A stretch of DNA of 64,000 nucleotides. It comes from Candidatus Poribacteria bacterium (GTDB lineage Bacteria > Poribacteria > WGA-4E > WGA-3G). Each line of letters opens with the position of its first letter. The first letter of the stretch is position 1. The notes under the pieces are model-generated. The model did not search any database. It was given only the letters and a program-made list of their open reading frames with translations, and was not told where the DNA came from. Below, piece after piece: positions 60,670 to 64,000 of this stretch. Both the position numbers and the translations under genes were made by a program. The stretch spans positions 12,368 through 76,367 of the forward strand of contig JAGFCA010000024.1 of assembly GCA_022394755.1 (NCBI GenBank). The letters are read 5' to 3'.

Positions 60670-61812
60670 TTAGAAATTAAGTCCTAAACTAATTCTATGT
60701 GCTTGTCGTAAATATCCAAAGTCAGCGAAAGAATAATCAAGTGATAACCTTGTCTCAGAAAATTTGTGGTGTATACCCAAACCGATTGTAGGACCTTCTT
60801 CATCATCACGACTATCCGGACCCAGACGAAGTTTATAACCAGCACGAATGGCAGCTGTCCGTTTATACCAATATTCAATCCCAAAGTTAATCCGTTCACT
60901 ATTATCATTTGGGTGGTTACCATCAAGTGCGATAGTTAGAAGATTAGTATCAGAATCGATTAGGTCATAAGCAATACCAAGTCTAAAATTAGATGGCAAG
61001 GGATATTCAATAGTCTTTAATTCTGCTTTACGTGCAGGGTTTGTAGTATCTGGAAAAGGGTGATATTCAGCATTTCGTTCATCTCCTGCTTCTTCTACAC
61101 CGGTTTCAAGATCAGGACCACTGAAACTCATTTCAGGACCGAAGTTTGAAAATGACATGCCAATCCTTAGACTACGCCATCCTGTGTGATACAATGTACC
61201 AACATCTAATGCGACACCAGTAGCTTTCTCTCTGTGAATTTGCTGGTGGATATATTTTGTATTAACACCAAAAGAAAGTTTAGCTCCAGAGTCCTTTTCA
61301 TAGAGTTGTCTGGAATATGCCAATGAAACAGCAGAATCCCAAGCAGAATACATGAGTCCTGTACCATCTGGTTTTGCCAGAGTCGTAATTTCTATGTCTG
61401 GTACATTCAGAAATGTCACACTTCCTCCAAGTGTCCCCACATTCTCAATAGAGGTTGCAAAAGCGAGATAGTTATACTGAATGTCTGCGATCCATAGTGT
61501 ATGTGTATCAGAAAAATTGGTTTTCTTTAATTGACTTAATCCTGCCGGATTCCAATAGATTGTAGTAACGTCATTCGCAATTGCGCTAAACGTACCTCCA
61601 AGACTTTCAACCCGTGCCCCAGGACCAATCTTTAAAAACTGTGCCCCTGCAGTACCTACGTTTGTGGTTGCTTGACTTGGAACATTGTAAAACATCAACA
61701 TTGAAAAGATCATTAAAATTATGAATGTAATATTACATCTTTTCATAGTAGTGCCCTTTTTTTCATTGGTCTTACTATCATCATTATATTTACTGAAAAT
61801 AGAATTATTCAT
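60670..61812 (-). CDS. Outer-membrane beta-barrel protein, PorV (LptO)-like type IX secretion component
   Basis: AGGAG SD before ATG 61812; alternative ATG 61746 (MKRCNITFIILMIF..). After the signal peptide, GTAGAQFLKIGPGARVESLGGTFSAIANDVTTIYWNPAGL matches the conserved PorV N-terminal signature as I recall it. C-terminal Phe (..SLGLNF) is typical of OMPs. Confidence 0.55.
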   Translation of the reverse strand: MNNSIFSKYNDDSKTNEKKGTTMKRCNITFIILMIFSMLMFYNVPSQATTNVGTAGAQFLKIGPGARVESLGGTFSAIANDVTTIYWNPAGLSQLKKTNFSDTHTLWIADIQYNYLAFATSIENVGTLGGSVTFLNVPDIEITTLAKPDGTGLMYSAWDSAVSLAYSRQLYEKDSGAKLSFGVNTKYIHQQIHREKATGVALDVGTLYHTGWRSLRIGMSFSNFGPEMSFSGPDLETGVEEAGDERNAEYHPFPDTTNPARKAELKTIEYPLPSNFRLGIAYDLIDSDTNLLTIALDGNHPNDNSERINFGIEYWYKRTAAIRAGYKLRLGPDSRDDEEGPTIGLGIHHKFSETRLSLDYSFADFGYLRQAHRISLGLNF

Positions 61813-61849
61813 GTATTTCTCCTATAAGGCGTTTGCTTTCAACAAAAGA

Positions 61850-64000
61850 CTATCGTATAATAGCAAAACGACCTATCTTATTTCCAATAACTGCATTTCT
61901 TTCATCTTTCGCTTCAACATGGAATATATATACACCACTTGCGAGTGCTTGATTGTAGCGATTAAGCAGATCGAATTCTGCAGTACCACCCTTATCCCCT
62001 TGTGCTAACCGTTCATCTGGGTTAAAGAGTGTTGTACTTTCATGTTTGATTTCTCTGACTAATTCGCCAGCTAATGTATAAATCCGGATTGTACAGCGTG
62101 GTGGTAGATGAGTGAAGAAAACTTGATCCGTACCTTCTGCTGTAACGGTTTTGTTAGTAACAAAATAGGGATTGGGTACAACGCGAATATTATCAAGATC
62201 ATCCTTTATATTCTCAGAATCAAGTGATTCACCTTCGGTAGAGATAAGCAGTTCGTCGCCATCCTGTGGAGCACTTATACCTCCCATATCTACCGTGAAA
62301 ACGTCTCCAGAGGATATTTCTCCATTAGGATCAAAGATATAGACATACGCACCACGTATGAATATCCTAAAGTATCCGGGAGTGTCTGCGGGTACATATT
62401 CATTACTCCACCCAGAAGCCGTTAGAATAGCATATCCATCTGCTCGTTTGTCATTAAATTCAATTTCTTCATCCAAGTCTTCATCTACAACCTTAACATG
62501 TGTATCGTCAGTAAATGTAATAGTATAAATATGTGGACGGTAGTATGTTGCCCAGAAAATGTTTGGCCATGTATTTTCACCAGCACCCGGAGATTCAATG
62601 ATAACAGACCAATCCGTCACTGAACCAGCAGTTAGTTTGACATCATTAATCGGATTTTCATCAGGAGTGTCGTAGGTTATATCAACACCTTTCATTTTTA
62701 GTATGATTCCATCAAACATCGGTGATAAGGTTTCATATGCAGTATAATTGTTTGCATCATACCAATCGAAGATTTGTTTCTCAACGACAGTTTGATTTGT
62801 GACTGTATCAATTATCTCATAAGAAGGTGGTTGATATCCTGGACCGGTAATATATGCTCCCGGACCAGTCTGTTTAGCTCCATACCATACAATTTTATAT
62901 TGATGTCCTGTTACCTCTTTAGGAGCTAATACCATTGGCTCAATCGTTACTGTTACAGCATCAGGCATCTCGATGTTTACCGACGGTTCTCTATATCCCG
63001 CTGGTTGTGAACGTGGCACGACATGAACCATCGTTTCAATCTGGCTACTTTCCATTGATGGTAAGCCTTTTTTAGGGTTACCTGTATCATAAGATGTGAC
63101 AGCATAAGTATATTGAATACCGTTGATTAACCCTTCATCAGTATAGAAGTTCTTGATACCTGCGTCTTCTCCTAACGCAATTGATGGAGTAGATACAACA
63201 CGGAAAATATCTCCTGCGACTGGCGGACCTGAGGGACCATCGGTAATCTTTACATAAAGTCCACCGAAATAGATTAGTTCACCTGAACGATATGTACCAT
63301 CAGGGAACGGTTCACCAGTGGCTGGATCTTTTACAACAACATAACCACCACCATCACCTGGAAAGGATTCATTATATGCCAAGACTTCCCATAAAGTAGT
63401 GTTGATGATTTCGAAACTTGTACTGGAATTCAATTTGATAGCGTATGCAGCATTCTTAAAGAAATCAGCGAAATGGGGTTCATCCCCCATACTTTCAATG
63501 GTAGAATCGGATAGTTTCCCTACGTGAGATACTGTGAAGAAATTACCAGTTGCACTTGGTTTGTCGAATTCGATCAACATTTCCCAATCTTCAACTGGTT
63601 TTCCTGTATTCTCATCGTAGGCTGTATCACGTCGATAAACTCTATAACCTTCAAAAATCTTTTCAGAATCTGTGGGATCAATATATTCTTCAATCTTCTT
63701 ACTAACTCCTTCTGTCACCCACCGATCAGCACTATCCCAAATCAATGAAACTTGACCATCGGCTGGATAGGCAGTCACAAGTGGGGATGGAGGAGGTGCA
63801 GGAGCAATATAGTCATCATCATAAAGTTTCTGTGCCCAATCAGATGAAGCCTGCAGTCCTGCTAATCCTTCACCGATTGCAACTGCAATGATGACGTTAA
63901 ATGTATCACCTGGTGCGAAAGATTCGACTGGACCGTATGATTGAATAAAACGTTGATCATCATAATTAGCAGGAAGTGGTTCCACACCTGGTGTACTGAT
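61850..64000 (-). CDS. Large secreted protein with type IX secretion C-terminal sorting domain (CTD), 5'-truncated by window end; PorU-like by synteny
   Basis: Frame stays open to nt 64000. Last ~90 aa (VVPNPYFV...TIRIYTLAGELVREI...GVYIFHVEAKDERNAVIGNKIGRFAIIR) have the alternating-hydrophobic beta-sandwich pattern of Por_Secre_tail CTDs. Immediately upstream of the PorV-like gene. Confidence 0.55.
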   Translation of the reverse strand: MSTPGVEPLPANYDDQRFIQSYGPVESFAPGDTFNVIIAVAIGEGLAGLQASSDWAQKLYDDDYIAPAPPPSPLVTAYPADGQVSLIWDSADRWVTEGVSKKIEEYIDPTDSEKIFEGYRVYRRDTAYDENTGKPVEDWEMLIEFDKPSATGNFFTVSHVGKLSDSTIESMGDEPHFADFFKNAAYAIKLNSSTSFEIINTTLWEVLAYNESFPGDGGGYVVVKDPATGEPFPDGTYRSGELIYFGGLYVKITDGPSGPPVAGDIFRVVSTPSIALGEDAGIKNFYTDEGLINGIQYTYAVTSYDTGNPKKGLPSMESSQIETMVHVVPRSQPAGYREPSVNIEMPDAVTVTIEPMVLAPKEVTGHQYKIVWYGAKQTGPGAYITGPGYQPPSYEIIDTVTNQTVVEKQIFDWYDANNYTAYETLSPMFDGIILKMKGVDITYDTPDENPINDVKLTAGSVTDWSVIIESPGAGENTWPNIFWATYYRPHIYTITFTDDTHVKVVDEDLDEEIEFNDKRADGYAILTASGWSNEYVPADTPGYFRIFIRGAYVYIFDPNGEISSGDVFTVDMGGISAPQDGDELLISTEGESLDSENIKDDLDNIRVVPNPYFVTNKTVTAEGTDQVFFTHLPPRCTIRIYTLAGELVREIKHESTTLFNPDERLAQGDKGGTAEFDLLNRYNQALASGVYIFHVEAKDERNAVIGNKIGRFAIIR

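Noticed and set aside
1-64000. Search for tRNA, rRNA, CRISPR arrays, integrase/transposase or phage genes
   Set aside because: No T-loop/acceptor-like tRNA signatures and no rRNA-like conserved stretches were seen. There are no spacer-repeat arrays, and no ORF resembles a recombinase, transposase or phage structural protein. The window does not look like a classical mobile element despite its accessory-looking gene content.

Overview
AT-rich (about 36-38% G+C by eye), gene-dense bacterial chromosomal window, mostly coding, with no rRNA, tRNA, CRISPR array or recognisable transposase or integrase. Contents in order: (1) the 3' end of holB, a TPR protein, and a TolC-like / HlyD-like / MacB-type ABC ATPase efflux module with no permease, followed by a GHMP-fold (beta-RFAP-synthase-like) gene. 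(2) NfuA and a compact sigma-70 factor on the minus strand. (3) A complete type II secretion / type IV pilus-like cluster, gspE-F-G-H-I-J-K, a GspL-like PilM/PilN fusion, an acidic repeat membrane protein, and at the 3' end two tandem paralogous ~1000-aa secretins. (4) A translationally coupled minus-strand trio of a LamG-like exported protein, a prenyltransferase/squalene-cyclase-repeat protein and a small GT2 glycosyltransferase. (5) A DtxR-family regulator / MbfA-like ferritin-VIT1 / TroABCD-like metal ABC importer operon with a consensus promoter and a palindromic candidate operator. (6) A thioredoxin-fold YyaL/DUF255 protein with a DsbD-alpha-like C-terminus, a DegT aminotransferase, and two tandem internalin-like leucine-rich-repeat exported proteins. 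(7) An accessory-looking hydrolase block: S58 peptidase, an alkaline phosphatase-superfamily enzyme, two Cys-type sulfatases and a FemAB-like protein. (8) A ~1-kb very AT-rich non-coding gap containing a GC-richer hairpin island and a GAATCA repeat array. (9) A phosphohexomutase, a YvcK/CofD-like protein, and glnS and gltX. (10) A PorV-like outer-membrane protein downstream of a large protein carrying a type IX secretion C-terminal sorting domain, 5'-truncated by the window. T2SS and T9SS together, with the low G+C, suggest an FCB-group or candidate-phylum lineage; this is inference. The most unusual items are the duplicated giant secretins with a T2SS lacking gspC and gspO, the LamG/terpene-cyclase-like/GT2 operon, the tandem LRR proteins, and several repeat-rich or structured intergenic regions.
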